61,529 bases of DNA, from positions 1 to 61,529 of the forward strand of contig CAZCDO010000002.1 in assembly GCA_964497135.1 (NCBI GenBank), in the 5' to 3' direction. The notes beneath the pieces are model-generated. The model was not told where the DNA came from. It saw nothing but the letters and a program-made list of their open reading frames with translations, and did not search any database. Shown piece after piece: positions 51,690 to 60,540 of this stretch. Numbering within the stretch: position 1 is the stretch's first letter; every line of letters starts with the position of its first letter. The position numbers and the translations under genes were made by a program. This DNA is from an uncultured Verrucomicrobiota bacterium. GTDB lineage: Bacteria > Verrucomicrobiota > Kiritimatiellia > CAIKKV01 > CAIJXV01.

Positions 51690-53687
51690 TTACCGTTTCA
51701 TTTTGCGGCAGAGCATCTGATCGAGATCCACCTCAAAAGTGGTGAGATCTCGATCCGTTTTACAGGTCAGGACAACTTGATGGCCTTGAACCCGCCAGTC
51801 GGGGGTTATTGTGGGTTGGCCGCTGGATGGGTAAGCCTCAATGACGGTCATCACTATCAGGTTCTGCTGGGGCTGGAGATTGGTGACACACAAGGCGTAA
51901 CGAGTGAGATCCTCATGCGTGCCCGCGCCTTGCTGGAGTTGTGCAAAAGTGACGCCAGCCACCGGAGCAGTCGCCCGAACCGTGATGCGCGCGGCACCCC
52001 GGGGTCCCCGGGTGGTCCAGCCATTGTCACCCGCTGAAACAAACGGTTGCCGAGGTTCATTCCCCTCGCCCGGCCCATGCAGATACAGCGCAAAAGTGGA
52101 GGGCTTTTGTGCTGCCAGGTCATCGAGGATAACCCAACACGCGGGGCGCAGATAAACGATATGGCGACGAAACCGCGTCAGCCCGGTCTCCGGCCCGTAG
52201 GCGGAGGTGGCCTCCCCGGCCATGAAATCAAAGCCTTGCCCCTGTTCGACCTTTAACAGGCGGGGCGCGCGTTGGTCCCGCCGAAGTTGGGTGCATTCAA
52301 ACCAGTCGCCTCCTTCGCCGGTCTGACCGATGCCATTAATAGTCATCGTGTTATGATAGGCGGTGATTTTTCGCGTATATTCCCCCTCATGGATCAGCCA
52401 ATCTCCAAAGGCATACAGCAGGAAGGCCCCGGCATTGGGCGGCATATGACCCCCCGAAATATTCTGCCGATAATCCATGGCTTTGTAACCGGCATGCGGG
52501 CCGCATCGAAAGGTAAAAAGCGAGGCGTTGGTACTCCAGTCCGAACGGGCGCAGGCCACATCGAGGTTGGAAAACCGGTAGAGTAAAGGCAGGTCCACAG
52601 GCCCGACCGCCGGGACGGTGGGGTCGTACCAGATCAGGCTGAGATAACTGTTCAGATCATTGCGGATGAGGGTTGCGCTGGGGGCTGGCGGCTTCATATC
52701 CGCATGCCAGGGCAAGGCGCTGCGTTGTTCCGCAAAGCGGTCGCCCAACCATTGTGCCAGCGGATCCCGGTATCGGGCGGCGAGCAGATACAAATAGTCA
52801 TCCGCCGGATCCCAATGAAACACCTCGGCATCCCCGAACCAGGCTGGAGTCAGCGCCATGAAGGGTGCATGGGCGGGCAGATTCCCATAGAGCATAAAAC
52901 GGGACTTCTCGCGAAAATAGGCGGCACGAGGAAAAAGATCGAGTCCCAGCAGGGAACGGCAGAGTTCAAAATTACGCAGGGTGTATTCATCGAAAAACTG
53001 GGCATACCCCATGCCCTCGGCGCTGGCTCCATCGACCGGCAGGGCGTCGGAAATCAACCGGCACCGTTCCAAGGCGTATCGCAGAAGGGGGCCCATCCTC
53101 TCGACCTCACCGTAGAGGGCGGCGGCCGGGGTGAAAATATTCATGAAGTAATTCGCCGACAGATTTAAAACATAGGTGTCGGAATAGTAGCTCTCATGGT
53201 TGACCAGCGGGCGGAAATATTTCAGGGTTTCGCGTTCCAGCAGGGCACACGTTCGCGTCTTAGTGTCCTCATCCAGTTCGTGATAGAGCCAGTCATACCC
53301 GATGGCGAGTTGATACATCGCCATGTCCGGAAGTGGCCGCGGTTGTTCCGGCCAGGGGGTGGTATCGATGAGGTGACGCATCATCCAACGCGCGGAATCG
53401 TAATATTCGCGTTTGCCGGTCACCAGGTAAGCCAACGCCATGGAGGGGATCAATCCATCGGGCGCCCAAGTCTCCATGCGTTTGAGAATGGCCGCGCCCG
53501 CCGGTGTCTGACTCTTCGCCTTTAACGCCGGCAGATCCGCCTGGGTGAAGAAGAGTCGGGGATGCTCTCCCCAAAACTTCAATTCCAGGGGCGTATTGCC
53601 GTTAATTACATCGTCTTCCGGCGTGGCCGGATTCCCCAGCGCCGACAACAGACCGACCAGCCACAAAGCCAGAATCCTATTTTTCAT
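51690..53687 (-). CDS. Heparinase II/III-family polysaccharide lyase-like protein
   Basis: I prefer the ATG at 53685-53687 (GGAGG upstream) to the TTG at 53693. It has a signal peptide (MKNRILALWLVGLLSALG), an alpha-toroid N-terminal region, and a C-terminal GGHMPPNAGAFLLYAFGDWL...YHNTMTING heparinase II/III-like region. Confidence 0.75.
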   Translation of the reverse strand: MKNRILALWLVGLLSALGNPATPEDDVINGNTPLELKFWGEHPRLFFTQADLPALKAKSQTPAGAAILKRMETWAPDGLIPSMALAYLVTGKREYYDSARWMMRHLIDTTPWPEQPRPLPDMAMYQLAIGYDWLYHELDEDTKTRTCALLERETLKYFRPLVNHESYYSDTYVLNLSANYFMNIFTPAAALYGEVERMGPLLRYALERCRLISDALPVDGASAEGMGYAQFFDEYTLRNFELCRSLLGLDLFPRAAYFREKSRFMLYGNLPAHAPFMALTPAWFGDAEVFHWDPADDYLYLLAARYRDPLAQWLGDRFAEQRSALPWHADMKPPAPSATLIRNDLNSYLSLIWYDPTVPAVGPVDLPLLYRFSNLDVACARSDWSTNASLFTFRCGPHAGYKAMDYRQNISGGHMPPNAGAFLLYAFGDWLIHEGEYTRKITAYHNTMTINGIGQTGEGGDWFECTQLRRDQRAPRLLKVEQGQGFDFMAGEATSAYGPETGLTRFRRHIVYLRPACWVILDDLAAQKPSTFALYLHGPGEGNEPRQPFVSAGDNGWTTRGPRGAARITVRATAPVAGVTFAQLQQGAGTHEDLTRYALCVTNLQPQQNLIVMTVIEAYPSSGQPTITPDWRVQGHQVVLTCKTDRDLTTFEVDLDQMLCRKMKR

Positions 53688-53763
53688 CCCCAACCTCCGC
53701 TGTAATCCCCGGTCTTTTGCAGAGTCTTTCGGTCCGACAGAATCGAGAAATATGCCCGTTTCG

Positions 53764-53808
53764 CCCGGAATAGTGAAACTTTATCCAGCCCCCGTCAACC
53801 CTTCGTTT
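53764..53808 (-). promoter_or_regulatory. Conserved 45-nt upstream motif, copy B
   Basis: Matches 42275-42319. The TTGACG (minus strand, 53793-53798) lies about 106 nt upstream of the heparinase-like ATG, almost the same distance as in copy A. Confidence 0.35.
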
Positions 53809-54049
53809 CAAGTCAACGGCAAATGGCGCACGGATCCCAACTGCGCAGAATCAGTGCCGAATATCCAGGGATCGCTGAATAGCGTCATTAAGGTGAAGGA
53901 TCGTCCGTGTGCTGCAAAGCGGGCTGGATTGAAAGCCGGCCTTTCAAGACGGCCCGCATCGGGGTTTGTGGGTCTTCCTTCGTGCACATCGGCGCGTCAT
54001 TCACTCCTTTTGTATGAGTCTCTCCTCCCGGATTTCAGACGGTATTGAA

Positions 54050-54083
54050 AGGGCTCGAACTCCAGTAACCCACAGAAATGCAG
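54050..54083. repeat. 34-bp dispersed direct repeat, copy 2
   Basis: 32 of 34 positions are identical to 7416-7449 in the same orientation. It is intergenic and directly followed by the 54098-54115 hairpin. Confidence 0.7.
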
Positions 54084-54097
54084 GGCGAACTCTGGAT

Positions 54098-54115
54098 ACG
54101 GCGGTCCACCGCCGT
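54098..54115 (-). terminator. Possible terminator hairpin downstream of the M28 peptidase gene
   Basis: acggcgg-tcca-ccgccgt forms a 7-bp perfect GC-rich stem with a 4-nt loop, about 85 nt after the stop at 54198. There is no clear U-tract. Confidence 0.3.
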
Positions 54116-54197
54116 TGTAAATCTCTGCTCTCTGCCCTTTGCGTCCCCAACCTCGCCCCATTCCCCGTCCCCAGTTTCAGGGACGTCTTCAGCTTCA

Positions 54198-56393
54198 TCA
54201 CGGTTCAACCCAGACTCGTCTGAAGCGGAAATAGGAAGCCGCCGAATTCGTCAGCGAAGACGTCCCGATCCTTTGCACCACCGGGGTCCATCCGCTCTCG
54301 AACGAATCGTCGGTGGGCGCAATGGTGTTGGTTTCGGAGACCAGGAAATGCCACCCATTCGTCTGCAGGAGGTTGGTGCTGACTTCAATCTGATCCTCGA
54401 TGCGGGTACCCAATTGGGCGGTTGCCGCAATAACCATTTGGGACCCGTCCATCGATACGCTTTGAAACGCGCAGTTCGACCGATCCGTATCCCTGAACCG
54501 GGTTGCGATTTCGCAGGTTCCATAGATGACGCCATGGCTGACGTTGAACAATGAAGGAAGATCCAGATACCCGCCGCCAGCTACCACAAACCTCAGGTTC
54601 GTAACACAGTCGAAATCATTTGAAGTCGCCGTGTATTGACCCGAAATATGGATTCGGGCGAGATAGATGCGGTCGGCCAACGTCGGCGTCAGGAAGTCAA
54701 ACCGAAGACGGTTGGTGCAGGAAAACAAAGCAGGATTAGAAGCCACGACCGATAAAACTCCAGAAAAGAGGGTCTCGCTGGTAACGGGCCGTGTATCCGT
54801 ACGCAGGTCCGGCGCGGTCTGAAACTTCAACCAAAACGAATTCGTTTGGGCAGGGGCAGCCGCCCAGGATTGGTCCAAAGAATCACTCCCCGTCTCGGTC
54901 GCATTCGTCAGATGCCGGGCATAGAAAGAACCCACGCCGATGCCGTTCCCTGGCACCGCGGCGGTGTTGGCCACTTCCAGGAGATCCAGAGGCACACGCT
55001 CCACCGGCAGCGCCAGATGCGCCACCGTTCCAAGGGAGGCACTCACAAAGCTGTTGAAGTACGGCATGTTGAAATGGAGGAAGGTATCATTGGTCGTATG
55101 GTAATAGGGGTTGAAGTCTTTGTAGGCATCCGTGTTGTACGCTTCGATCGCCAGCACGGCGGGAAATCCCCTATTCCAGAAGGAACTGTGGTCGCTGTAC
55201 CAAACGCTGCTGTTGGGAAAGATCCGGGGCGCCAGCGGGGTCATCATCGGGTACTGCGCCGCGACAAAGGTGAAGGTTGAGGCGATGGCCAGATCGTTGG
55301 AATAACCCGGATCACTCGTCGATCGGGTATACAGATCCAGCACCCCATCGCTATTGCTGTCCCACGAAATCATGTCCATATTAAAAACGGCCACCAGGTG
55401 GTCGGCGGCATTCAACGCATCGATGGCATAAGCCGCGCTCCCTAAAAGTCCCTGCTCCTCTCCGGTTACCAGCAGAAACCGGATCGTGCGCTCAAAGTGA
55501 AATTGACGAAAAATCTCGGCGGCCAGCAATACCCCGGCTGTCCCGCTGCCATTATCGTCGGCCCCGGGCGCAACCGACCCGCCCGGCATATTGTCCAGAT
55601 GCGCGACGATCACGACAATCTCATTGGATCGTACCCCGCCCCGGAGGGTCCCGACCACATTCCGCCCGGAACTCCAGTTGTGGAACCGCACGTCCAGACC
55701 GAGGGCCTGCAGATGCTCGTAGATAAACTGGGTGGATTTTCCAATGGGTCGGCCCGAATTACTGTGTCGGGTGGCAATCGCATACAGGTCGCCCCCGGTC
55801 ACCTCGGGCTCCATCCCGGTGATCCGGCGCATCAGAGCGGACAGGCGGTTAGTCTGAACGAGGCGGATCATCTCCGCCACCAACGGGTCATAGACGAGTT
55901 CTTGAAGTCGTTGAAACGGGCCCGGCTGGCTCAAAATTCCTGTGCCCGGCTGCATCCAGCGAATGGGATCCTGCGGCAGCCGCGCCAGGGCAAAGCCCGA
56001 TTCAGCCAGCGCCTCCCCCTCTTGCGCAGTGGCGTGAACGATCCACTGGACGCCATCATCGTGAACCACCCGAAACCCGGCCCGAACAGATTCAACGGTT
56101 CCCGCCCGCATGGGCCGGGCCAGCAGGTAGTTCTCTGGCATGGCAGGGGTCTCCAATAACTGAACACGCAACCCCGTACGCGCGAGTTGCCCGGCGTCGG
56201 CGCAAACCAGGACATATTCCTGTCCCGCCTGATCCCGGAGATGCGCGTAAACGGGCAAGGCGATCCCCGTCACCGGCCCCTGAATATCGATGCGCGCCAA
56301 AACCCGCTCTCCGGATTCGGCCCAACAGAAAGAGGCCATTCCGATCAAAACCGACCCCATAACCGCCCACCCGAAATTTCGCGTAAATATCAT
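54198..56393 (-). CDS. M28-family aminopeptidase with large N- and C-terminal accessory domains
   Basis: Internal ATG at 56391-56393 gives a signal peptide (MIFTRNFGWAVMGSVLIGMASFCWA). The M28 core reads VVIVAHLDNMPGGSVAPGADDNGSGTAGVLLAAEI...FLLVTGEEQGLLGS. Confidence 0.85.
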   Translation of the reverse strand: MIFTRNFGWAVMGSVLIGMASFCWAESGERVLARIDIQGPVTGIALPVYAHLRDQAGQEYVLVCADAGQLARTGLRVQLLETPAMPENYLLARPMRAGTVESVRAGFRVVHDDGVQWIVHATAQEGEALAESGFALARLPQDPIRWMQPGTGILSQPGPFQRLQELVYDPLVAEMIRLVQTNRLSALMRRITGMEPEVTGGDLYAIATRHSNSGRPIGKSTQFIYEHLQALGLDVRFHNWSSGRNVVGTLRGGVRSNEIVVIVAHLDNMPGGSVAPGADDNGSGTAGVLLAAEIFRQFHFERTIRFLLVTGEEQGLLGSAAYAIDALNAADHLVAVFNMDMISWDSNSDGVLDLYTRSTSDPGYSNDLAIASTFTFVAAQYPMMTPLAPRIFPNSSVWYSDHSSFWNRGFPAVLAIEAYNTDAYKDFNPYYHTTNDTFLHFNMPYFNSFVSASLGTVAHLALPVERVPLDLLEVANTAAVPGNGIGVGSFYARHLTNATETGSDSLDQSWAAAPAQTNSFWLKFQTAPDLRTDTRPVTSETLFSGVLSVVASNPALFSCTNRLRFDFLTPTLADRIYLARIHISGQYTATSNDFDCVTNLRFVVAGGGYLDLPSLFNVSHGVIYGTCEIATRFRDTDRSNCAFQSVSMDGSQMVIAATAQLGTRIEDQIEVSTNLLQTNGWHFLVSETNTIAPTDDSFESGWTPVVQRIGTSSLTNSAASYFRFRRVWVEP

Positions 56394-56506
56394 CCTTCCA
56401 TGAAATCGCTTTTCAGGTGGCAACGCAATAACAAACAACTCTCCCCCCCTCTGTTATCCTTCGCTATTTCCATCCTCATAAACCAACCCAAGTCAAGGAG
56501 CCCGCC

Positions 56507-56553
56507 GTGCCCTCACCCCGCTCTGTTCTGGGAAGATTGCGGGGTGAGGGCAC
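56507..56553. terminator. Strong hairpin between the BON gene end and the M28 gene start
   Basis: gtgccctcaccccgc (56507-56521) pairs perfectly with gcggggtgagggcac (56539-56553), giving a 15-bp stem and a 17-nt loop. It lies 30 nt downstream of the BON stop. There is no U-tract. Confidence 0.4.
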
Positions 56554-56582
56554 CCCGCCTCCAACTTAACACATTTTGAATT

Positions 56583-57197
56583 TTAGAGTCTGTCCCCGTC
56601 TCCCTTGTGCCTATTGGTACGCTTCACTTCCAACTGATTGTCCACATTCTCCGCATGCGCGATCCGGTTCGCGATTTCACCGATGATTCGTTTTTCCTCA
56701 GCGGTGCTGACTGTCCCGCGCAAGGTGATCCGACCATTGCTGGTGATGATTTTTACATTACGGGCATCCAGAGACATGTTTTTCCCGGCGAGTATTTCTT
56801 TGCGAATCTTCGCGGTGATTTCCATGTCAGCCTTGTTATTGCCTTGAAAGAACGGCGTCTGGGTCCGGTTATCGCGGTCGCGAACATTGCGCGACGTGTT
56901 GTCTTCCTGGTCGACATGCGTAGCGTCTGAAACATTTCTATGGATGTTGGTGGTCCATGACGTCGTGGTCCTCGTCGCTCGGTCATCGCGGTCGACGTCA
57001 TGGCGGTCGACGTCATGGCGGTCGCGAACATTACGCGCCGTGTTGTCTTCCTGGTCGGCATGGGTATTGCCTGAAACACTTGAATGGATATTGCCGGATG
57101 TGTTTGACCGAGTATTGGCGGTGTCTTGAGCCAGCGCCGAGAACGCAAAGACCAAGGAGGCAAAACCGGTGACGACGATTTGCTGTTGCTGTTTCAT
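56583..57197 (-). CDS. BON-domain periplasmic protein with a repeated charged N-terminal region
   Basis: 204-aa ORF with a signal peptide (MKQQQQIVVTGFASLVFAFSALAQD). The C-terminal BON domain reads ITAKIRKEILAGKNMSLDARNVKIITSNGRITLRGTVSTAEEKRIIGEIA. Confidence 0.85.
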   Translation of the reverse strand: MKQQQQIVVTGFASLVFAFSALAQDTANTRSNTSGNIHSSVSGNTHADQEDNTARNVRDRHDVDRHDVDRDDRATRTTTSWTTNIHRNVSDATHVDQEDNTSRNVRDRDNRTQTPFFQGNNKADMEITAKIRKEILAGKNMSLDARNVKIITSNGRITLRGTVSTAEEKRIIGEIANRIAHAENVDNQLEVKRTNRHKGDGDRL

Positions 57198-57627
57198 GGG
57201 TTTTCCTTATTGTGATATTTTATTCGTTCATATCGAGATAACGCCCCCTCAACGGAATGCGGGCAGGAAGTTTTCTCCGTTGAATGCCAAGACCGTATCC
57301 AGCCGGGCAGATCGGGACCCGGCATCGGTTTCGAGAGAAGATACCCTTGGGCAATATTGCACTCTGCTTTTCAAATGAATTCCCAATCCGCCTGGTCTTC
57401 AACCCCTACGGCCACAACCGACTTCCCGAGTTGCTTTGCCAGACCGGAAGCATTTTCAATATCAACATCGTTGATTGAAAGTCGGAATTGTTGTTGGCAG
57501 ACACAACAACCAGATCCACGAATTCGAGCGAAACCAGATTGCCTCTCGACAGGTTAACGGCGACCCGCAGCATCAGCCCTGCATTCTGCCAAACCTTGGC
57601 TTGAGCCAGCGCGTTGGCCAGTATCAC
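57194..57627 (-). pseudogene. Decayed EAL-domain (c-di-GMP phosphodiesterase) gene remnant
   Basis: Frame A reads ...LRVAVNLSRGNLVSLEF.... After a frameshift, frame B reads LSINDVDIENASGLAKQLGKSVVAVGVEDQADWEFI, then an in-frame TGA (57371-57373), then KAECNIAQGYLLSKPMP. The ELEITE/DDFGTG core is missing. The final TGA overlaps the BON ATG. Confidence 0.6.
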
Positions 57628-57899
57628 CCGAGCAGAATCGCATCCTTGGCGGCCTTGGCGATCTTGAACTTCAGGACGGTCTTGGCCGGAATCTGGAGCG
57701 TCTCACCCGTCGCAGGATTTCGACCCGTCCGGGCGGCGCGTTCGACCTTAACGAGTTTGCCCAGCCCCGGAATGGTGAACCCTTCGGTGGCGTCCCGGAC
57801 CGCCATCGCGACCAGGGTTTCCAACAGGGTCGCCGCCTGTGACTTTTCCACCCCGGCCGTTTCCGCCAACTCAGCAATAATTTCGCTTTTGGTCTTCAT
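57624..57899 (-). CDS. hup: HU-family nucleoid-associated DNA-binding protein
   Basis: 91-aa ORF reading MKTKSEIIAELAE...GFTIPGLGKLVKVERAARTGRNPATGETLQIPAKTVLKFKIAKAAKDA, a canonical HU/IHF fold sequence. Confidence 0.95.
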   Translation of the reverse strand: MKTKSEIIAELAETAGVEKSQAATLLETLVAMAVRDATEGFTIPGLGKLVKVERAARTGRNPATGETLQIPAKTVLKFKIAKAAKDAILLG

Positions 57900-58125
57900 G
57901 CGGTCTCCTTTGTTAATTGTTCACCACAGGGGACTTTATGCTCTGCGGCGGGATGTAACAAGCGGATAATGTCGGATGTCAACGTTCCTCTTTCTCTCTG
58001 AAATAGGCAATAATGGTGCATGTAACGATACTTGCCCTTTTGTCGCCGAACACCTATCCCTAAATTGCTGGACGCATCATCCCGCCAAAAACGGATCGGC
58101 GTTCCGATCAAAGGGAATGACTCCT

Positions 58126-58659
58126 CTATCGAACCTTGAGCTCCATGTAGTATTCCGGTTCGTTGTCATGGCTTCGGAGTTGGTCGCGAATAATTTTGAA
58201 ATCCATTTTTTGATAGAGCAGGACGGCGCGGGGATTTTTCTTTTGGACGGTCAGGCTCATAATGTCCGGTCCAACAACGTGGGCAATTTCCGCAAGGCGT
58301 CTCATCAATTGTTCTCCAAGCCCATGACCTTTGAAAGACGAGATCAGGCAAATACCGAAGACACTTTCACGGGCGCCTTCGACCCACCGGAACCAGGCAT
58401 ACCCGCCGATATGGCCCTCTTGATCATCGATGATCAAAACAACTGCGCAGGGGCTTAGTGCCGTTTCGGCATTTTTGAAGGCGTTTTCACGTGTCAACGG
58501 ATGGGGATAATAAAAAAGCTGGTCGGCGGCAGGGATCAGCTCATAAAAGGCGGCCAAGGCCGGACCGTCGTCCCTGCGCAAGGGACGAATCAGCATGGCA
58601 CGTCCATCTTTCGCAGTAACAGAAAGCGGTGGAAAACGATTTTGATCGGATTGCAGCAT
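58126..58659 (-). CDS. GNAT-family N-acetyltransferase
   Basis: I prefer the ATG at 58657-58659; an alternative GTG at 58680 would overlap the upstream gene. The acetyl-CoA motif region reads FKGHGLGEQLMRRLAEIA...KKNPRAVLLYQKMDFK. Confidence 0.85.
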   Translation of the reverse strand: MLQSDQNRFPPLSVTAKDGRAMLIRPLRRDDGPALAAFYELIPAADQLFYYPHPLTRENAFKNAETALSPCAVVLIIDDQEGHIGGYAWFRWVEGARESVFGICLISSFKGHGLGEQLMRRLAEIAHVVGPDIMSLTVQKKNPRAVLLYQKMDFKIIRDQLRSHDNEPEYYMELKVR

Positions 58660-58664
58660 GGCAC

Positions 58665-59948
58665 TTATCTCTTCTTCCACAAGACATTCAGCAGGTCTTT
58701 ACCGGAATCGACCAGTTCGTTCACACCATCCGGTCCAATCCGGCTGACCCAGCAATTCAACGATTCATACCCGATGGCGGCTTCGGCTTCGGGTGTGACG
58801 AGATATCCGATATAATCCCCGCACAGTTCAACAGGATAGGTCCACGGGAAAGGACTCGAGGCTTTCAGATTCAAACCCCACTCCACGAAAAGCTCACCGG
58901 GTTGCGTAACAAAAGCGATCTCGCCTATTCTGAATGCCTGGACCCAGGTCGTGATTTCTTTTTCGTTCCGTTTCTTGAGGAGTTTCTCGGAATATTTGAA
59001 CCATTTTTGCAGGTCTGGCGACCATCCGGAGACTTTGCGACGCCAGCTTTCATCCGCACGAAAGGGCCGGGTGGGAACGGTAACCGGCTTGCGGATCGCT
59101 TGGAGCGGAATGGGGTGATCGAATGGTTTTCGGTTATCCATCCGGATGATCAATCCATCGGCGATCCGGCTGCCCAATTCGCGATAACCGATCATCGGGT
59201 TGACATCCCCGCAGGCACCGGGGAGAAAAACGGAGATGGTTTGTTTGCCATAGCGTTCACGCAGGCGGGCGGCCGTGACGGCCGGGTAATCGGCGCTGAA
59301 GCGGGGACCGAAATTAGCATTGGTATGGCAGGCGAAAGTCCAGAGAATGGCCACCGGGTTCCCGTCCAATCCATCAAAGCAGAGCGCCCCGACTTCAGGA
59401 TCGACATGGGAAGCATATCCCAGACTTTGGGATTCATCCGCCTGGTCGAGATTCCAGGTGTTGACTTCACGACTGTTTTTGAACCGGATGCGTCGACTGC
59501 AGGCCACTCCCGAGCAGAAGGTGCGAACCCGACTCATGCGTACCGGTTGACGGGCGGCATTGGCTTGCGCGACAACCTGGGCGAATTGACCGGGAAGTTT
59601 TTTGAGCCAGGCGAGGTCAGAGGGTTTGATTCCCTGGGGATAAACCTCGGGTTCAGAGATGGGGCCGGTATGGGTATGCGAGGCACACCAGATAATATGA
59701 TCGGCAGGAATGCCTGTTTTCCAGGAGGCGGCCTTGATGCAGGCATCGCCATGACGACGAGGCAGGGTGGCGAGATCCATGGCCACAATAGCGATCCGGA
59801 TACCCTTGGATTCAAGGACCAGCGCTTTAGCCATCAAAGGATCATCGATTCCGATGGAATAACGGGGTGTCAGTGCCCCCACCATGCCGGTTCCGATGGG
59901 AGGGGTGATATCGATTTCAGCCGCACCGACTTTTATAAATGATTTCAC
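58665..59948 (-). CDS. Neutral/alkaline ceramidase-N-terminal-like hydrolase family protein (tentative)
   Basis: 427-aa ORF with a GTG start. MKSFIKVGAAEIDITPPIGTGMVG...AKALVLE...IAIVAMDL...ASHTHTGP follows the N-terminal pattern I associate with that family. Confidence 0.6.
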   Translation of the reverse strand: MKSFIKVGAAEIDITPPIGTGMVGALTPRYSIGIDDPLMAKALVLESKGIRIAIVAMDLATLPRRHGDACIKAASWKTGIPADHIIWCASHTHTGPISEPEVYPQGIKPSDLAWLKKLPGQFAQVVAQANAARQPVRMSRVRTFCSGVACSRRIRFKNSREVNTWNLDQADESQSLGYASHVDPEVGALCFDGLDGNPVAILWTFACHTNANFGPRFSADYPAVTAARLRERYGKQTISVFLPGACGDVNPMIGYRELGSRIADGLIIRMDNRKPFDHPIPLQAIRKPVTVPTRPFRADESWRRKVSGWSPDLQKWFKYSEKLLKKRNEKEITTWVQAFRIGEIAFVTQPGELFVEWGLNLKASSPFPWTYPVELCGDYIGYLVTPEAEAAIGYESLNCWVSRIGPDGVNELVDSGKDLLNVLWKKR

Positions 59949-60300
59949 AACAAGTGCTCCTCTTAAGAAATTCAGATAATTTGCTCTGCCAAGCTGGGAA
60001 AGTCAATTCACCTTTACACCCTTTGTAGATCCAGCCGTTGTATGCTTTTGTTTCCAGGACGAAGATCCCGTATCGGGAAACAATCAGATGATCTATTTGG
60101 GTGGTACCGTCCGGCGTCGGAAGCATGACGTCCGGGATTAAGTCATAGAGGTGGAGTCCAACTCCTGGCTCGCCCACAGATTGACGCGTGCTTCGCCCCG
60201 CTCTCCTTGTTCATTGGGCGAACCTCGGTTACGGCCGGTCGCCCGATTAGAGGATCGGCCCGATCGCTTTTTGGAGGGGGCATCCGTGATCGGGTCAAAG
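59917..60300 (-). pseudogene. Frameshifted, 3'-truncated NERD (nuclease-related domain) gene remnant
   Basis: Frame 1 reads ...SKKRSGRSSNRATGRNRGSPNEQGERGEARVNLW.... A frameshift near 60140-60177 leads to GEPGVGLHLYDLIPDVMLPTPDGTTQIDHLIVSRYGIFVLETKAYNGWIY (the NERD core). The sequence then degenerates and runs into the neighbouring gene start. Confidence 0.55.
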
Positions 60301-60394
60301 ATTAAATCAATCAGCCAGCTCAGATTCACCTCTTCGCTTATGTGCTGCGAGTGAATATGCAACACTCCGCATCGGTTTGCAATGCCGCAAAGTG

Positions 60395-60505
60395 ATGAGG
60401 CGCGACATAAATGCTGAACCCTGGGTTGCGCTGGAGGAGATCGCGGAGTACCTGAAGGACAGGACGAACAACATTCATCGCTGGACAGGGCCATCCATCC
60501 TTTGA
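60395..60505 (+). pseudogene. Truncated excisionase/MerR-type HTH fragment (36 codons)
   Basis: My translation is MRRDINAEPWVALEEIAEYLKDRTNNIHRWTGPSIL*. It matches the start of Xis-family HTH proteins (..tleEaAeyL.vs..tiyrW...g.iP) but stops about halfway through. It is below the ORF-track size cutoff. Confidence 0.3.
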
Positions 60506-60540
60506 TCTTCATCAACGAGCTCCTCGTGGATGCTGTTTCA

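Noticed and set aside
53545-54223. ORFs 53545-54048 (167 aa), 53966-54223 and 54001-54201 in the 500-bp spacer between the heparinase-like and M28 genes
   Set aside because: They cross the conserved upstream motif, the 34-bp repeat and a hairpin. The sequences are low-complexity with no motifs. The region is more plausibly regulatory and non-coding.
57371-57373. In-frame TGA in the EAL relic as selenocysteine or programmed read-through
   Set aside because: The surrounding gene also has a frameshift and lacks its catalytic core and N-terminus. No SECIS-like hairpin follows the TGA. Simple decay explains it.
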